Positions 62,468 through 64,000 of a DNA stretch of 64,000 bases are shown in pieces; positions within the stretch are counted from its first letter, which is position 1, and each line of letters starts with the position of its first letter. The stretch is from positions 74,960,001-75,024,000 of the forward strand of contig NC_045696.1 in NCBI RefSeq assembly GCF_009834535.1. Direction: 5' to 3'. The DNA is from Camelus ferus (lineage: Eukaryota). The translations under genes were made by a program, and so were the position numbers. The notes beneath the pieces are model-generated. The model did no database searches. It was not told where the DNA came from and was given only the letters and a program-made list of their open reading frames with translations.

Positions 62468-64000
62468 AAGTTTGGCCCTAAAGGGCATAAGAATTACTTG
62501 ATATAAAGTGGAGAATTTTCTAAATGCACACTGGCTAATAAGTCACCCCCAATCCTGCCTTTGCAACCACAATCCTACAATTTCAATCTAAGTCCTCTGG
62601 AAACAAAAACAGAGGCATTAATTTGAAGCCGGTGAAGTTAAAATCTTGAAATAGTAAAGTATCTCATGTAAGTCACTTAATTAGGTATTTTCAGTGTTGG
62701 GAGCTCAGTACCTGATACAGAAGTTTTTGTGAAGCACTTCTAAAGTTATCCCTAAAGGTTGCTATTCCTAACCTACTTCATTCCAACAGTTCTGCCATCT
62801 GTTTTTTTCACATATTGATAGCAATCACAATTTTCCAGAGGCCTTTTTACCCCCAATTCCTTTAACCATGATTCAGGTGAGATAGTTTATTGTCATCTTC
62901 TTTGCCATTACTGGATGTGTTCTTTTGCTAATATTCATTTCAAAATGCAGCAACCAAAATCTAGTACAATACTCTGGAGTCAATATCACCAAGGCAGAGT
63001 ACAGAAAACTATTACTTCAGTGTGGATTATAAGTCTCTATAAATACAGCCTAAGACAGCAGAGACTTTTTATGACTTGCTATTTTGAAGTATACACTTGC
63101 AAATTTAGGGAATATCTATACTGAGTCCCTTGTAGCTTAATCGCTTCAAACTGGCCACGATTTGCTAAAATAAGCACCTTGTATTTTCTAGATATCTATG
63201 TTCACAAATATGGAAGCTGTAATAAATGTCTGTTGAATGACCAAAGGTTTTATAAACACTTATTTTTTATTTAACTGATACATTTAATAAATATTATCTA
63301 ATGATACATTTACAAATGTGTATATTTAGATATATATTGACAAGATATTTTCCACCCTTATTCTCAGACAGGTCAACAGGAAAACATTAGTTTTGTGGCT
63401 AACTCAGTTGCCAAAGTCGCATTTCAATTGTATCTATTTGCTCATTACCTAGAAAATAAGCTTTTCTGTTTTTTTTTATTACAAATTAATCTTTAGTCTG
63501 ATTTAGAACATTAGAACAAAAACTTGCCTCTACACTTGCTACAGAAATAACATGATTAAAATCTCAGTTAATAATTCTATGGTCTGATTACTCTTTAATA
63601 TTTATTTCCAGAGTTAATTACTCCCTTTCTTGATGTTACCCAGCCTCTTATATGTATTTCTAAAATTGTACCTTAATACACTCTTACCAAAATTATCTAC
63701 ATCCATGTTTGACTTCCTGCTAGGCTGTGAACTTTTCCAGGATAGGGTCTTTATTTGGGTCACTACAGTCCTAGAAGATAAATGAGTAGGTAGGAAAACT
63801 AATCTGTTGAAATTATCCCAGGGAAAATGATACAAGGGCCTAAACAAAGAGAGGTAGCAAGAGTAATAAGCAAGAAGGAGATGGATGAAGATATGCTACA
63901 AAGGAAAATCAAAAGCATTGAGACTAACTGTATTTGAGGGATAAGAAGCATAATTTCAAATGAATTTCACTGCAGTGGTTATACACGGGAAGCAAGTGTC

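Noticed and set aside
56429..64000. PIK3CA promoter or exon 1
   Set aside because: No CpG island is present; the region is AT-rich intron 1, and exon 1 must lie outside the window.

Overview
Mammalian genomic DNA, most likely a camelid (a Vic-1-type tRNA-derived SINE lies at ~19.45-19.58 kb). It holds two convergent genes. (1) PIK3CA (PI3K p110-alpha), minus strand: all 20 coding exons (2-21) map with GT-AG borders and join into an intact 3207-nt CDS (1068 aa) with wild-type E542, E545 and H1047. A ~5.8-kb 3' UTR ends near 25331, and non-coding exon 1 lies beyond the right edge. (2) KCNMB3 (BK channel beta3 subunit), plus strand: exon 1a, a beta3d-like first exon, exon 2 and exon 3 are open. 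Exon 4 has a 4-nt deletion that puts a stop (22017-22019) at the start of TM2, plus a second 4-nt deletion and a nonsense codon downstream, so the canonical two-TM subunit appears lost. An alternative KCNMB3 terminal exon (25355-25420), antisense to the PIK3CA 3' end, is still open and would bypass these lesions. A coding-like 80-codon ORF with a perfect Kozak context lies just upstream of the beta3a start. The remainder is intronic or intergenic, with L1, L2, MIR, hAT and Tigger relics. Comparisons with human and mouse, and repeat family names, are from recall and were not checked against a database.
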